64,000 nucleotides of DNA. It comes from a virus. Where the stretch lies: the UHGV virus genome UHGV-0018629. The stretch is one strand, 5' to 3'. Positions within the stretch are counted from its first letter, which is position 1; every line of letters begins with the position of its first letter. Below the pieces are notes generated by a model. The model was not told where the DNA came from and did not search any database. It saw only the letters and a program-made list of their open reading frames with translations. The position numbers and the translations under genes were made by a program. Positions 50,030 to 61,143 of this stretch are shown in pieces.

Positions 50030-51196
50030 TTAAAAATATTTTTTAAAACTCATCATAACTTTATCATCAACATCATTATCAATCTGTGCTACAAGGTAAG
50101 ATGACAGTTCTACTTCTTGTGGCGCGGATTGAACATTATCAGAATTAAGATATTCACGAATCCAAGGATACGGGTGTTTAACCGGAGCATCGGTAATTGG
50201 GCATGGAAGACCGCACTGTTTCATACGAGATACAGTTAAGTAATCAATAAAGCTCCACATGCTATTTGTATTTAATCCAGGAACATCACCGTCTTTAAAT
50301 AAATGAACTGCCCAATCTTTTTCTTGACGGTTAACTTCCATGAAAATATCAACTGCTTCTTGTTCGCACTCTTGGGCGATTTTAACCCATTCATCACCAT
50401 CAGTTCCAAGTTGAAGTTGACGAATAATATATTGGGTGCCTTTAAGATGAAGCTGCTCATCGCGCGCAATGAACTTCATAATCTTAGCATTACCTTCCAT
50501 GATTTCCATGTTCTTATGGAAGTTAAATGTACATGCGAAAGATACGTAAAAACGAATAGCTTCCAGTGCGTTGATTACGTGCAGGCAGAGGTAAAGAGAG
50601 CGCATTAGTTCACGTTTAGCTCTTTGCTCAGCATCTTTATCAACTAAAGTTAGACCTTGGTCTTTATAATACTTAGCCATGTCTTTGGTATTTTCCCAGG
50701 CACGGGTTTTAATCAGAACATCATCGTAATAATGACCGATAGATTCAGCGCGTTTCATAATAGCTTCATCTAATACAATCTCATCAAACACCTTCGATGG
50801 ATCAGTATAAAGATTTCGCATGATATGAGTATATGAACGGCTGTGAATAGTTTCACTAAAAGTCCATGTAGCAACCCATGTATCAAGACTTGGGTCTGAA
50901 ATTAATGACATAAGTACAGCAGACGGTGCACGCCCCTGAATGCTATCCAAAAGTGATTGATACTTCAGGTTATTAGTAAAAATATTTTGCTGATACTGAG
51001 GAAGCTTGTTAAATTGTGCAGCATCCATCATCAAGTTTACTTCTTCAGGACGCCAAAAGAATGATAAAGATTTCTCAGTAAGTTCTTCAAATACTCTATG
51101 TCGTTGAATATCATAACGCGCAATACCAAGACCTGAACCAAAAAACATAGGTTCTTTTAAAACATCAACTGGATTTGTATTAAAAACTGTGCTCAT
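50030..51196 (-). CDS. nrdB: Aerobic ribonucleotide reductase small subunit, uninterrupted
   Basis: 388 aa continuous ORF. Confidence 0.96.
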   Translation of the reverse strand: MSTVFNTNPVDVLKEPMFFGSGLGIARYDIQRHRVFEELTEKSLSFFWRPEEVNLMMDAAQFNKLPQYQQNIFTNNLKYQSLLDSIQGRAPSAVLMSLISDPSLDTWVATWTFSETIHSRSYTHIMRNLYTDPSKVFDEIVLDEAIMKRAESIGHYYDDVLIKTRAWENTKDMAKYYKDQGLTLVDKDAEQRAKRELMRSLYLCLHVINALEAIRFYVSFACTFNFHKNMEIMEGNAKIMKFIARDEQLHLKGTQYIIRQLQLGTDGDEWVKIAQECEQEAVDIFMEVNRQEKDWAVHLFKDGDVPGLNTNSMWSFIDYLTVSRMKQCGLPCPITDAPVKHPYPWIREYLNSDNVQSAPQEVELSSYLVAQIDNDVDDKVMMSFKKYF

Positions 51197-51247
51197 AAAT
51201 TTTCCGCTTAGTTAATAGATAGTGACTCGTCCGTGAGTCAAATTATA

Positions 51248-53512
51248 TCATAATTTACAAGATGAACAATCTTCAGCTTTTGGAGTTTCTATTTCATAAT
51301 CATCAGTACCAGAACCATCACGAGTATTATGATAGTAGAAGTTTTTAATGCCATAATACCATCCGTATAGCATGTCATCAATCATTACAGACATTGGAAC
51401 CTTTCCTTTTGGAAAAATCTGCGGGTCATAATATGTATTCGCTGAAGCTGATTGACATACCCATTTAAGCATAATAGCTACCTGCGTAAGATAAGGTTTA
51501 TTACCTTTCTTAGCTAATTTCCACGTATAATCATATAGGTCTATGTTATGTTCAATATTGGGCACGACTTGATTAAAGGAACCCTCTTTTGATTCTTTAA
51601 CAGAGACTGGTCCACGTGGAGGCTCGATACCGTTTGTACTGTTAGAAACTTGGGAAGATGACTCACATGGCATAAGTGCTGATAATGTGCTATTACGGAT
51701 GCCAAAGAGCTTAAGGTCTTCCCGCAGCGACGACCAGTCACAAACGTATTTTGGAGCTGCGATTTGGTCAATCTTTTTATTGTACCAGTCGATAGGTAAT
51801 TCGCCTCGAGACCAACGAGTGTCTGAATAATATTCGCAAGGTCCTTTTTCTTTGGCGAGCTTAATGGATGCTTTAATGAGTCCATACTGTAATCTCTCAA
51901 ATAGTTCATGTGTTAAATCGTTAGCATCTTCATAAGAAGCGAAGTTACTTGCCAGCCAAGCTGCATAGTTAGTAACACCTACGCCAAGGTTTCGACGCTT
52001 TTTAGCTTTTTCTGCTTCAGGAACAGGATATCCTTGGTAATCCAATAGATTATCAAGAGCGCGAACTTGAACTTCTGCCAATTCATTAATTTTATCTTGG
52101 TCTTGCCAATCGAAGTTATCTAACACAAATGCAGATAATGTACACAATCCAATTTCAGCATCAGGACTATTCACGTCATTTGTTGGAATAGCGATTTCAC
52201 AACACAAGTTACTCTGACGAATAGGTGCCTTTTCACGAATAAATGGCGTATAGTTATTCGTATTATCAATGAACTGCACATAAATCCTTGCTGTTCCTGA
52301 GCGTTCAGTCATGAGCAATTCAAATAGTTCACGGGCTTTAATACGCTTTTTACGAATATTAGGGTCTTTTTCTGCTGCTTCGTATAATTCACGGAAACGG
52401 TCTTGGTCTTTAAAATAAGAATAATAAAGCTCTCCACCCATTTCATGTGGACTGAACAAAGTAATGTAATCGTTCTTTCCGAATCGTTCCATCATTAGGT
52501 CATTAAGTTGAACGCCATAATCCATATGACGGATACGGTTTTCTTCTACACCTTTGTTATTTTTCAAAACGAGAAGATTTTCAACTTCCAAATGCCAAAT
52601 AGGATAATAAGCAGTAGCAGCGCCGCCACGAATTCCACCCTGTGAGCATGATTTAACAGCAGTCTGAAAATGTTTCCAAAAAGGAATGACACCAGTATGA
52701 CGCACTTCACCCATACCAATCTTAGAACCTTCGGCACGAATCATACCAACGTTAATACCAATTCCAGCGCGTTTGGAGATATATTCAACAATTGAAGCAG
52801 AAGCCTTATTGATAGACTTCAATGAATCACCTGCCTCAATAACAACGCATGAACTAAATTGTCGAGTCGGAGTACGGCAACCAGCCATAATAGGAGTTGG
52901 TAATGAAATCTGTCGAGTAGATACTGCTTCATAAAAACGGATAACATGTTTTAATCTATCAACAGGTTCATCTTGATGCAATGCCATTCCAATAGTCATA
53001 AATGCAAACTGTGGAGTTTCATAAATTTGACCAGTGGTTTTATCTTTAACTAGATATTTTTCCTTTAGCTGCATCGCCCCGGAATAAGTAAATTCCATAT
53101 CCCGCTCATGCTTAATTTTTGATTCTAAAAATGTAATTTCTTCTGCAGAATATTTTGATAACAGTTCAGGGTCATATTTCCCTGCATTTACACAATAAGA
53201 AATATGGTCAATAAATGAACGTGGTTCATACTGTCCATAAACATGCTTACGAAGAGCAAACATTAAACAACGCGCAGCTACATATTGATAATCAGGCTCT
53301 TCAACCGAAATAGAATTCGCAGCAGCCTTAATGACAATAGTCTGAATATCATCAGTTGTCATTCCATCACGGAGATAAGATTTAATATTTTCATATAATT
53401 CATAAGGATCGACTGATGTTCCTTCAGCTGCCCAAGATAAAACTTTAATAATTTTTTGCGGGTCAAAGCTCTGAGAAACACCACTACTTTTGATAACATT
53501 AATTAATTGCAT
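51248..53512 (-). CDS. nrdA: Aerobic ribonucleotide reductase large subunit
   Basis: 754 aa; C-terminal Cys pair (CSSC). Confidence 0.97.
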   Translation of the reverse strand: MQLINVIKSSGVSQSFDPQKIIKVLSWAAEGTSVDPYELYENIKSYLRDGMTTDDIQTIVIKAAANSISVEEPDYQYVAARCLMFALRKHVYGQYEPRSFIDHISYCVNAGKYDPELLSKYSAEEITFLESKIKHERDMEFTYSGAMQLKEKYLVKDKTTGQIYETPQFAFMTIGMALHQDEPVDRLKHVIRFYEAVSTRQISLPTPIMAGCRTPTRQFSSCVVIEAGDSLKSINKASASIVEYISKRAGIGINVGMIRAEGSKIGMGEVRHTGVIPFWKHFQTAVKSCSQGGIRGGAATAYYPIWHLEVENLLVLKNNKGVEENRIRHMDYGVQLNDLMMERFGKNDYITLFSPHEMGGELYYSYFKDQDRFRELYEAAEKDPNIRKKRIKARELFELLMTERSGTARIYVQFIDNTNNYTPFIREKAPIRQSNLCCEIAIPTNDVNSPDAEIGLCTLSAFVLDNFDWQDQDKINELAEVQVRALDNLLDYQGYPVPEAEKAKKRRNLGVGVTNYAAWLASNFASYEDANDLTHELFERLQYGLIKASIKLAKEKGPCEYYSDTRWSRGELPIDWYNKKIDQIAAPKYVCDWSSLREDLKLFGIRNSTLSALMPCESSSQVSNSTNGIEPPRGPVSVKESKEGSFNQVVPNIEHNIDLYDYTWKLAKKGNKPYLTQVAIMLKWVCQSASANTYYDPQIFPKGKVPMSVMIDDMLYGWYYGIKNFYYHNTRDGSGTDDYEIETPKAEDCSSCKL

Positions 53513-53829
53513 AAGTCCTCAACTTGAAAATCGTCTTTAAACAATCGGTTAACTATATGAGCTATTATATCACCATGACACGGCTTTGGTTTACATGTGC
53601 ATCCTAGCCTCATTCCACGTAAAGGCTCTAAATGTGCTTTAGTTATTTCTCCGGATTTAATTCGACGTATAAAATCTTTTTTGAATAATTCAATGGCAGC
53701 CTCCCGGCTGCCAGCATCTTTACCGACGTAATTTCCCCAAAATGTACCACGGTGAATATTAACATCAAAGTCGGATTTATATATATTCACTACCCGGCAT
53801 AGACGGCCCGGTTGGTAATAATTCTTCAT
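53503..53829 (-). CDS. Hypothetical protein with Cys/His motif (nrdA.1-like)
   Basis: 108 aa; [13 protein letters not shown] motif. Confidence 0.6.
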   Translation of the reverse strand: MKNYYQPGRLCRVVNIYKSDFDVNIHRGTFWGNYVGKDAGSREAAIELFKKDFIRRIKSGEITKAHLEPLRGMRLGCTCKPKPCHGDIIAHIVNRLFKDDFQVEDLCN

Positions 53830-54058
53830 ATTGTTGTTCCGTTAAAACAGTAATATCATAATAACAATCAGAAGAAGTTTTAACTGTGGAAATTTTATTA
53901 TCAAAATACTCACGAGTCATTTTATAAGTATAGTATTTTTTACCATAAATGATAATAGGCTGATTTGGTCCTGGAACTTCTAACTCACTTGGATTAGGAA
54001 GTGTAAAAAGAACGACACCAGAAGTATCTTTAAATCGTAAAATCATATATCCTCGCAA
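53777..54058 (-). CDS. Hypothetical protein (nrdA.2-like)
   Basis: 93 aa ORF. Confidence 0.5.
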   Translation of the reverse strand: MRGYMILRFKDTSGVVLFTLPNPSELEVPGPNQPIIIYGKKYYTYKMTREYFDNKISTVKTSSDCYYDITVLTEQQYEELLPTGPSMPGSEYI

Positions 54059-54066
54059 TAATAAAA

Positions 54067-54927
54067 TTACACCGCCATTTTTCCTTTAATTGGCGGATGA
54101 GATACATAGTTGTTAAGAACAAAATTATGCGGCTTTGCGAATTGACTCAACCAAAATACCTGCGATTCTGTGTCCCATTCATCAAATTCATCTGGAAATT
54201 TTAATTGCAATTCACATAAATCCATAGGTTCACGGCGTAAAATTTCTTTACATTGTTCTACGTGATTCATATAGATATGAGTATTACCACCAGAAAATAT
54301 CAAATCTCCAGGAATAAGATTACACATCTTAGCTACAATATGAACTAATGCAGCATATGATGCAATATTAAATGGAAGACCGAGAAAAACATCTACCGAG
54401 CGTTGATACCACTGCAAATCTAAATATCCATTACGAACATTAAATTGATAGAACATATGACAAGGTGGTAATGCCATATATTTAAGTTCAGCTGGATTCC
54501 ATGCAGAAACAATTTGACGTCTATCATTTGGCAGTTTTTTAATACGATCAACAACTTCTATAATTTGGTCTACACCGCCAAAATCGCGCCATTGTTTTCC
54601 ATAAATTGGACCAAGTTCACCACTATGGTATCCTAAATCTTTTGCTTGATTTTCGTAATTTTCATCCCAGACTGTTTTGCCTTGAATTAATGAATCATGT
54701 TGAATTAATCGCAAATCATTGACATTTGTACTTCCCGATAAAAACCATATTAGCTCAGCAATGCAAGCTTTCCAGGCAAGCTTCTTAGTTGTTACTGCAG
54801 GAAAACCTTTAGTTAAATCCCAACGCAATTTAGTACCAAACAGAGCAATTGTTCCTGTGCCTGTTCGGTCATCGGTTTCATAGCCATTTTCAAGGATATT
54901 TTTAATTAAATCTTGGTATTGTTTCAT
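54067..54927 (-). CDS. td: Thymidylate synthase, uninterrupted
   Basis: 286 aa continuous ORF; active-site region ALPPCH. Confidence 0.96.
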   Translation of the reverse strand: MKQYQDLIKNILENGYETDDRTGTGTIALFGTKLRWDLTKGFPAVTTKKLAWKACIAELIWFLSGSTNVNDLRLIQHDSLIQGKTVWDENYENQAKDLGYHSGELGPIYGKQWRDFGGVDQIIEVVDRIKKLPNDRRQIVSAWNPAELKYMALPPCHMFYQFNVRNGYLDLQWYQRSVDVFLGLPFNIASYAALVHIVAKMCNLIPGDLIFSGGNTHIYMNHVEQCKEILRREPMDLCELQLKFPDEFDEWDTESQVFWLSQFAKPHNFVLNNYVSHPPIKGKMAV

Positions 54928-54940
54928 TTAGCACCTATAA

Positions 54941-55300
54941 TTAATATGGCTTTGCATCAAATTTTCTTCCAATTTCAGGTGTGAAATATAATTCTTTGCC
55001 GCGTTTGGAAAAGCGACCATTAATATGATAATTATTCTCATCAAACGTAATATTGCCAATATCCATAGCTTTCAACCAAGTATCGATATTTCTATCCAGC
55101 TTTATGTCAAAATTCCAATACGGAGAACTATTACCGAAAATAATACAAGCGGATTCAGTGAAACAACTACTATAAATCTTGTCTTTAGGAACTACTAATT
55201 GATAGACACCTTTAATAAATTGAGGACCCTGCCATTTTGGTTGTTTCGCGTCTTTTTCTAATAGAATAGGGTAATAATTAAAATTCATATTTTCCACCAC
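54941..55300 (-). CDS. Hypothetical protein inserted between frd and td
   Basis: 119 aa ORF; no motif recognised. Confidence 0.6.
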   Translation of the reverse strand: MVENMNFNYYPILLEKDAKQPKWQGPQFIKGVYQLVVPKDKIYSSCFTESACIIFGNSSPYWNFDIKLDRNIDTWLKAMDIGNITFDENNYHINGRFSKRGKELYFTPEIGRKFDAKPY

Positions 55301-55308
55301 GTATTATT

Positions 55309-56131
<823 letters not shown>

Positions 56132-56135
<4 letters not shown>

Positions 56136-56491
56136 ATTATCTCCCATTGAAAAGGGTCATGAGCATATCCGCTAGCGTCAATCATTTTAACTAAAGTTAC
56201 CATTCCTCTGTTAACTGCTTGCGCGATTTCATCAAAAACTTCGTCACTATCATCGTAAAGGTCATTAAAAAGTTCTAATACGTTCTTCTGAACTTTTAAT
56301 TTACGGCCGGCAATTTCGCCTACAGTAAATTCGTTTCCGCCAAATCCAGCGTAAAATGTAATTACACCCATTAACTGGCTTTCACGGGAATCTATATCGT
56401 GTGATAAATTAATAAAAGCCGTCCCAGGCGCGGTTTTAAGTTGGCAACGAATTTTTACTTGGGTAATTCCAGTTATATGAATGTTAGACAT
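56132..56491 (-). CDS. Hypothetical protein (frd.x)
   Basis: 119 aa ORF. Confidence 0.55.
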
Positions 56492-56501
56492 AATATTTTC
56501 C

Positions 56502-56801
56502 TCAGACAGACTTTTTCACAATTTTCCAATCAGCTTTAAACTGCTCGACGTCAGAATGGTAAATCCAAAATCCTGCACTTTCTCCATCCTCATAAAGAGG
56601 ACATCCATCACATTCATCTTCCCATCCCATATCACGTAAAAGATGTTCAGCTTTTTCAACAAGTTCAGAATCTTTACCGATGATATTAAAATACCATTTA
56701 CCTCTAACTTCTGAATCTTTGATGCTCTGACGTTGTAATCTCATTTTATTCTCCTTAGTTGATAAGGCTATAGTATCACTACCATAGCCTGTTGTAAACA
56801 A
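56502..56801 (-). CDS. Hypothetical protein (frd.x)
   Basis: 99 aa ORF, possible internal start at MRLQRQS. Confidence 0.5.
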   Translation of the reverse strand: MFTTGYGSDTIALSTKENKMRLQRQSIKDSEVRGKWYFNIIGKDSELVEKAEHLLRDMGWEDECDGCPLYEDGESAGFWIYHSDVEQFKADWKIVKKSV

Positions 56802-57104
56802 TTATTTTTGAATTTTATCGAGCCACTTACCAAGCTTAATCATTTCTTTAGTAGCCTTTTCCATACTTCTGAACTTAACCAATAGAGGATAGGTATCGAC
56901 ACCCATAACTAAACTGGTTACAAGACTGTGTTCACCCACAAGCCATAACGAATACGTTTGAATATCGAGCCCGTAATTTCTGTCTTTATGGACCCGTACA
57001 CCCATCACTTCAAATTTCTCACTAGCTTTTTCTACCGCATCCAGGAAATCATCTTTAGTCATATTAGGCCTTAAATGTTTTTCGCAAAAGTTCAATGATT
57101 TCAT
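56802..57104 (-). CDS. Hypothetical protein (frd.x)
   Basis: 100 aa ORF, possible internal start at MTKDDFLD. Confidence 0.5.
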   Translation of the reverse strand: MKSLNFCEKHLRPNMTKDDFLDAVEKASEKFEVMGVRVHKDRNYGLDIQTYSLWLVGEHSLVTSLVMGVDTYPLLVKFRSMEKATKEMIKLGKWLDKIQK

Positions 57105-57450
57105 CTACATTGTTTTCGTCAACAATGCAGTGAATTTTTGTCACGCCAGAAACTGTACCTTCATTAGCGGATTGAGGCTTTTCTAAAGTTACCTCAGTAA
57201 AGTATTTGAATTCTTCAGAGTAAATCTCAAAATACGTCTCAAGTGGGCCACCCGCCATGCATTCAGTGCCATCTTCCATAGTTACACGTACCACACATTC
57301 ACCAGCACAATCATCACTTTCCATTTCATCTACAACAAAACTAGGTCCGTGCTTCTCTATTAAATTTAGCATCATTACATTGCAACGGCACTCGTTAGCA
57401 AAGTCATTTTTAAATAAAGGGTTAATGATATAAGTTTTTCCAACTTCCAT
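57064..57450 (-). CDS. Hypothetical acidic protein (frd.x)
   Basis: 128 aa ORF. Confidence 0.55.
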   Translation of the reverse strand: MEVGKTYIINPLFKNDFANECRCNVMMLNLIEKHGPSFVVDEMESDDCAGECVVRVTMEDGTECMAGGPLETYFEIYSEEFKYFTEVTLEKPQSANEGTVSGVTKIHCIVDENNVDEIIELLRKTFKA

Positions 57451-57470
57451 TTTGATTTCCTCATTTTAAC

Positions 57471-57487
57471 GGGGCTGTAATAGCCCC
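57471..57487 (-). terminator. Stem-loop GGGGCT-GTAAT-AGCCCC
   Basis: Hairpin read in sequence. Confidence 0.45.
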
Positions 57488-57495
57488 CTTGATAA

Positions 57496-57726
57496 TTATT
57501 GTTCAATCAGTCCCATGTAAAATTCTGCGTCTTCAGAATCCATGCCATCGCAATATTCATTAGCCATAAAACGGGTGAGGTCTTCAAGAGGACCTTCAAT
57601 GACAATAGAAAAATTGCAATAATTAGGGTCATCGTGAATACTTGTGATACTAAGTTCAGGATAACGATTACGAATAATTTCTTCAATATATTCAAAATCA
57701 ACGATGTCAATATCAACTTTAGCCAT
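57496..57726 (-). CDS. Hypothetical small acidic protein (frd.3-like)
   Basis: ORF 57496..57849; likely start MAKVDIDIV (57726) with AAGAGGAAA Shine-Dalgarno, 76 aa. Confidence 0.5.
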   Translation of the reverse strand: MAKVDIDIVDFEYIEEIIRNRYPELSITSIHDDPNYCNFSIVIEGPLEDLTRFMANEYCDGMDSEDAEFYMGLIEQ

Positions 57727-57828
57727 ATTATTTTCCTCTTTAATCATCAGCAGTATTGCCGATAGTTGTATAGTACCACAGTTTTTATAGTATGTAAACC
57801 GTTTTGTGAAAAATTTTTGAAATAAAAA

Positions 57829-57847
57829 GGGGACCTCTAAGGTCCCC
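57829..57847 (-). terminator. Stem-loop GGGGACC-TCTAA-GGTCCCC downstream of gene 32
   Basis: Perfect 7-bp GC-rich stem. Confidence 0.55.
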
Positions 57848-57869
57848 AATTAATTAGTAATATAATCTA

Positions 57870-58778
57870 TTAAAGGTCATTCAAAAGGTCATCCAGGTCC
57901 GTGTCATCAGCACTAGATGAACTGCCAGAGCTTGAGCTCATAAAATCATCTTCAGTTTTTGTATTGAAGTCATCAACATTGAATGCATCCAAATCATCAG
58001 CAACTTTATCAGCTTTCTTAGCGGCAGTTGCTGCGGCACCACCCATCACAGCAGTTCCCATAACTTGACTGAACTTAGTGCTCAGTTCTTCAAACGATTT
58101 AAATTTATCTTTAGAAGTCATTTCAGAAAGGTCAACCATTTGTTCGAACAGTTCTTTCTGGAAAGATTCATCATCAATGTTTGGAATCGCAGATTGATTC
58201 AGGAATTTAGATTCGTCGTAGTTACTAAAACCAGAAACTTGTTTAACTTTCAGTACAAAGTTAGCACCTTCCCACGGACAAGTTACATCAACCGGAGTTT
58301 CACCCATTTCGACATCAACTGCAATCATTGCATTGATTTTATCCCAGATTTTCTTACCGAAACGATATTTAAATACTTTACCTTCATTTTCTGGAGCAGC
58401 TGGGTCTTTTACTACAAGAATGTTAGCCCAGTAAGAAGTTTTACGTTTAACAAGACCGTACTCTTTATTGTCAGTGTTGTACAAATCATTTTTACTGATG
58501 TACTGACATACTGGGCAAGAATCGTAATCACCGTGGGTAGATGAACAGTTTTCAATATACCATTTACCATTTTTCTTGAAACCGTGATTTACAAGAATTG
58601 CGAATGGTGCTTGTTCATCATTTTTAGACGGAAGAAAACGAATTACTGCTTGACCGTTACCCGCATTGTCGAGTTTCAGTTTCCACTCACCTTTATCTTC
58701 AGAAGAAAAACCACCTTTATTTCCAGCCAGTTTAGCCATTTGTGCAGCGAGTTCAGCAGTAGATTTACGTTTAAACAT
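57870..58778 (-). CDS. 32: Single-stranded DNA-binding protein gp32
   Basis: 302 aa; acidic Ser/Asp-rich C-terminal tail. Confidence 0.96.
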   Translation of the reverse strand: MFKRKSTAELAAQMAKLAGNKGGFSSEDKGEWKLKLDNAGNGQAVIRFLPSKNDEQAPFAILVNHGFKKNGKWYIENCSSTHGDYDSCPVCQYISKNDLYNTDNKEYGLVKRKTSYWANILVVKDPAAPENEGKVFKYRFGKKIWDKINAMIAVDVEMGETPVDVTCPWEGANFVLKVKQVSGFSNYDESKFLNQSAIPNIDDESFQKELFEQMVDLSEMTSKDKFKSFEELSTKFSQVMGTAVMGGAAATAAKKADKVADDLDAFNVDDFNTKTEDDFMSSSSGSSSSADDTDLDDLLNDL

Positions 58779-58840
58779 TTTTATTTCCTTTTTAATTTAA
58801 TTAACAGTTGGTGCTATGACGATGTATGACCTCATAGCTG
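58779..58840 (-). promoter_or_regulatory. Gene 32 5' leader: A/T-rich translational operator candidate (gp32 autoregulation site)
   Basis: Leader reads TTAATTAAATTAAAAAGGAAATAAAA before the ATG. Confidence 0.45.
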
Positions 58841-58877
58841 GTCAGTGAGATAATTATAATCTATTTATAATAAGCAA

Positions 58878-59531
58878 TTAATACTTACACGATTTCACAG
58901 TTTCAATGAAAACACTTTTAGCTTTCTGTGAATCAATATTTAAAATTTTTCTATAAGCCTTTAACTTTATAGAATAATTATTCCAGACTAAATTATCAGT
59001 CTGTTCATCATGTTTATCAATTATATTTAAAAACGAATCAAGCAAGATAAACGTCTCAAACGAAATTATATTCGATTGCAGAAGTTTAAAAATATAACTT
59101 GACTGAACCTTTGGATTGTATTCAAAAATTTCTTTAAAAGCAGAAACTTCAACTTTTTTACTAAAATAATAAATGTTGCGAATATCTTCTTCAAACTTAA
59201 ATTTAATTTGCTTTAAGCGTCCGATATATTCACGATAAAACACAAGTGCATCAGCGTCAGAGATGTCACCAATCCAAGCATCTTGGTTAGCAACCAAATT
59301 GCTTATAAAGATTAAAGCAAGTTCCTTTAATTTATATTTTTCTGATAACTTCTGGAAAAAATACTTATCCCTTCGCTTTTGATAAGCGGCATCAGACACC
59401 CGCATGCACCAATTATACTTAATTACATCATACTTTCCATTCATATGCTGTTTTATCATTAAGTATAATTTATAAACTGATTTACCATCAATGTATCTTT
59501 CACCACCAGCAGGCATGCGGAGTTTAATCAT
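58878..59531 (-). CDS. 59: Helicase loader gp59
   Basis: 217 aa, same size as T4 gp59. Confidence 0.92.
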   Translation of the reverse strand: MIKLRMPAGGERYIDGKSVYKLYLMIKQHMNGKYDVIKYNWCMRVSDAAYQKRRDKYFFQKLSEKYKLKELALIFISNLVANQDAWIGDISDADALVFYREYIGRLKQIKFKFEEDIRNIYYFSKKVEVSAFKEIFEYNPKVQSSYIFKLLQSNIISFETFILLDSFLNIIDKHDEQTDNLVWNNYSIKLKAYRKILNIDSQKAKSVFIETVKSCKY

Positions 59532-59866
59532 AGTAGAAAATCTAATGTATTAGTTTTTTCACAACGAACAACAGAAGGACGTAAAAGATTTTCGTCAATA
59601 GCTTCTGACTGAATTTTTTCAATTATACCCGAAGGAATAAATTTAGCAAATTGAGTTTCAGGAATAGAATTTTCTTCTAAGAATGCTGTTGTAGCTTCAA
59701 GATAACTCATTCCAAACTCTTCTACCATTTTTTCAATAATAAATCCATTTTCTTGACGATCAAGAAGCTTTGCAATTTCATCTTTTTCTTTCTTAATTGA
59801 AAGTTCTTTTTCTGAAAGACCGGTCTCATCGACCGGACGAATATCATTTAGAGAAAACTGTGTCAT
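59528..59866 (-). CDS. 33: Late transcription co-activator gp33
   Basis: ORF 59528..59875; likely start MTQFSLNDIRP giving 112 aa. Confidence 0.88.
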   Translation of the reverse strand: MTQFSLNDIRPVDETGLSEKELSIKKEKDEIAKLLDRQENGFIIEKMVEEFGMSYLEATTAFLEENSIPETQFAKFIPSGIIEKIQSEAIDENLLRPSVVRCEKTNTLDFLL

Positions 59867-60113
59867 AAAGTTCAACTACCTCTTCAGTTTCAGCTTCAAA
59901 CACATCACGGTTATCTTTATGATACAAAGCTAACAGACGATTAAACATCTTGCCATCAACACCAAGTTCATCTTTGGCGCGAATTCGAATATCTTTAATC
60001 AATTCATTATAACCAGAAATTTTCAGTTTATGATCAGATGCTTCTTTAATAAATTTAGCCAAGTCTTCGCCATGAATAGCTTCATCAAATTCAACCATTT
60101 CTTTTTTAGCCAT
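59844..60113 (-). CDS. dsbA: Double-stranded DNA-binding protein DsbA
   Basis: 89 aa, overlaps gene 33 start. Confidence 0.85.
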   Translation of the reverse strand: MAKKEMVEFDEAIHGEDLAKFIKEASDHKLKISGYNELIKDIRIRAKDELGVDGKMFNRLLALYHKDNRDVFEAETEEVVELYDTVFSK

Positions 60114-60121
60114 TATTCACC

Positions 60122-61039
60122 TCAAAATTCATTAATGCTATTAGTTAATTTAGAAAGACCCGCTTTTACAAAATATGAATAAATTTTGCCACGCGGTGGT
60201 AATTTATATGAATTATAGTAATTCACGATGTTTGAAGCAATATTATCAGGAATATAATCAAAATCAATTAGAACTAGATTTTCTTTATATCGATTATATT
60301 CAGATTCAGTGAGAAGCACCTTAGCTTGCTCACGGTCATTAGCAATAGCTTCAACGATTGAAGTTTTCATTGAAGGGGTTCGTTCACCATCGACTTTGGT
60401 AAACCAAAAGTCAGATCGTACTTTAACTGAAGCAACGTTATCCTTTTTGTCGCCTTTAAGGATTTTAGTCATACAGTCAATTTCAGCAGAACCGCTTTTA
60501 ATTTTAACCCATTTCTTATGCATCGGTGACCATTGCTTAACATTTGGATATTTGTGAAGTTGAGTAAAGTCACCATCCGACGAAATGATTAAAATCTTAT
60601 GTCCTTCTAAAGAGAACTTTTTAACAAGAACAGCAATATGGTCATCTGCTTCATACTTATCGATATCCATAACAATGTATGGCATATAAGCTTTCAATTC
60701 ATCTATAACTTTATGACTGGATTCAAAATAACCTTCCCAGTCCCAAGTAGATTCTTCTCGTGCTTTTCCGCGGTTTTTCTTGTAATAATATGCGAAATCA
60801 CGGCGCCAATATCCAGATTTCGCATTATCAATACACAGCACGATTTTAGTGTATCCAAGCGTTTTTGCTTTTTTGACATTAAACTTAATTGAGTTCAATA
60901 TCAAATGACGAACCATTGATAAATTAATTTTTTCTTTATCTGGAAAGTTTACCAAAGCAGTTGAAAGCGCAATTTGACTAAAGTCAATAAAGCAAATTCC
61001 TTCTTTGTAATCTTCATCCAGCATCATTTCTAAATCCAT
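60122..61039 (-). CDS. rnh: RNase H (5'-3' exonuclease / flap endonuclease)
   Basis: ORF 60122..61054; likely start MDLEMMLDEDYKEG giving 305 aa. Confidence 0.93.
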   Translation of the reverse strand: MDLEMMLDEDYKEGICFIDFSQIALSTALVNFPDKEKINLSMVRHLILNSIKFNVKKAKTLGYTKIVLCIDNAKSGYWRRDFAYYYKKNRGKAREESTWDWEGYFESSHKVIDELKAYMPYIVMDIDKYEADDHIAVLVKKFSLEGHKILIISSDGDFTQLHKYPNVKQWSPMHKKWVKIKSGSAEIDCMTKILKGDKKDNVASVKVRSDFWFTKVDGERTPSMKTSIVEAIANDREQAKVLLTESEYNRYKENLVLIDFDYIPDNIASNIVNYYNSYKLPPRGKIYSYFVKAGLSKLTNSINEF

Positions 61040-61065
61040 ATGAACCTCGTTCAATTAGTGAGATT

Positions 61066-61097
61066 TCTATTATATACCATCCAAATCTTAAAGTAAA
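61066..61097 (-). promoter_or_regulatory. Early-type promoter for rnh (GTTTAC -35, TATAAT -10)
   Basis: Reverse complement GTTTACtttaagatttggatggTATAAT. Confidence 0.45.
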
Positions 61098-61101
61098 CAA
61101 G

Positions 61102-61109
61102 TATAAATA
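61102..61109 (+). promoter_or_regulatory. Late promoter box TATAAATA upstream of gene 34
   Basis: Exact TATAAATA about 35 bp upstream of the gp34 ATG. Confidence 0.5.
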
Positions 61110-61143
61110 CTTATTATTGAAAACACAATAGGAGCCCGGGAGA

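Noticed and set aside
58065-58829. Plus-strand ORFs (159 and 81 aa) over gene 32
   Set aside because: Antisense to gene 32; Phe/Ile-rich translations typical of AT-rich antisense frames.
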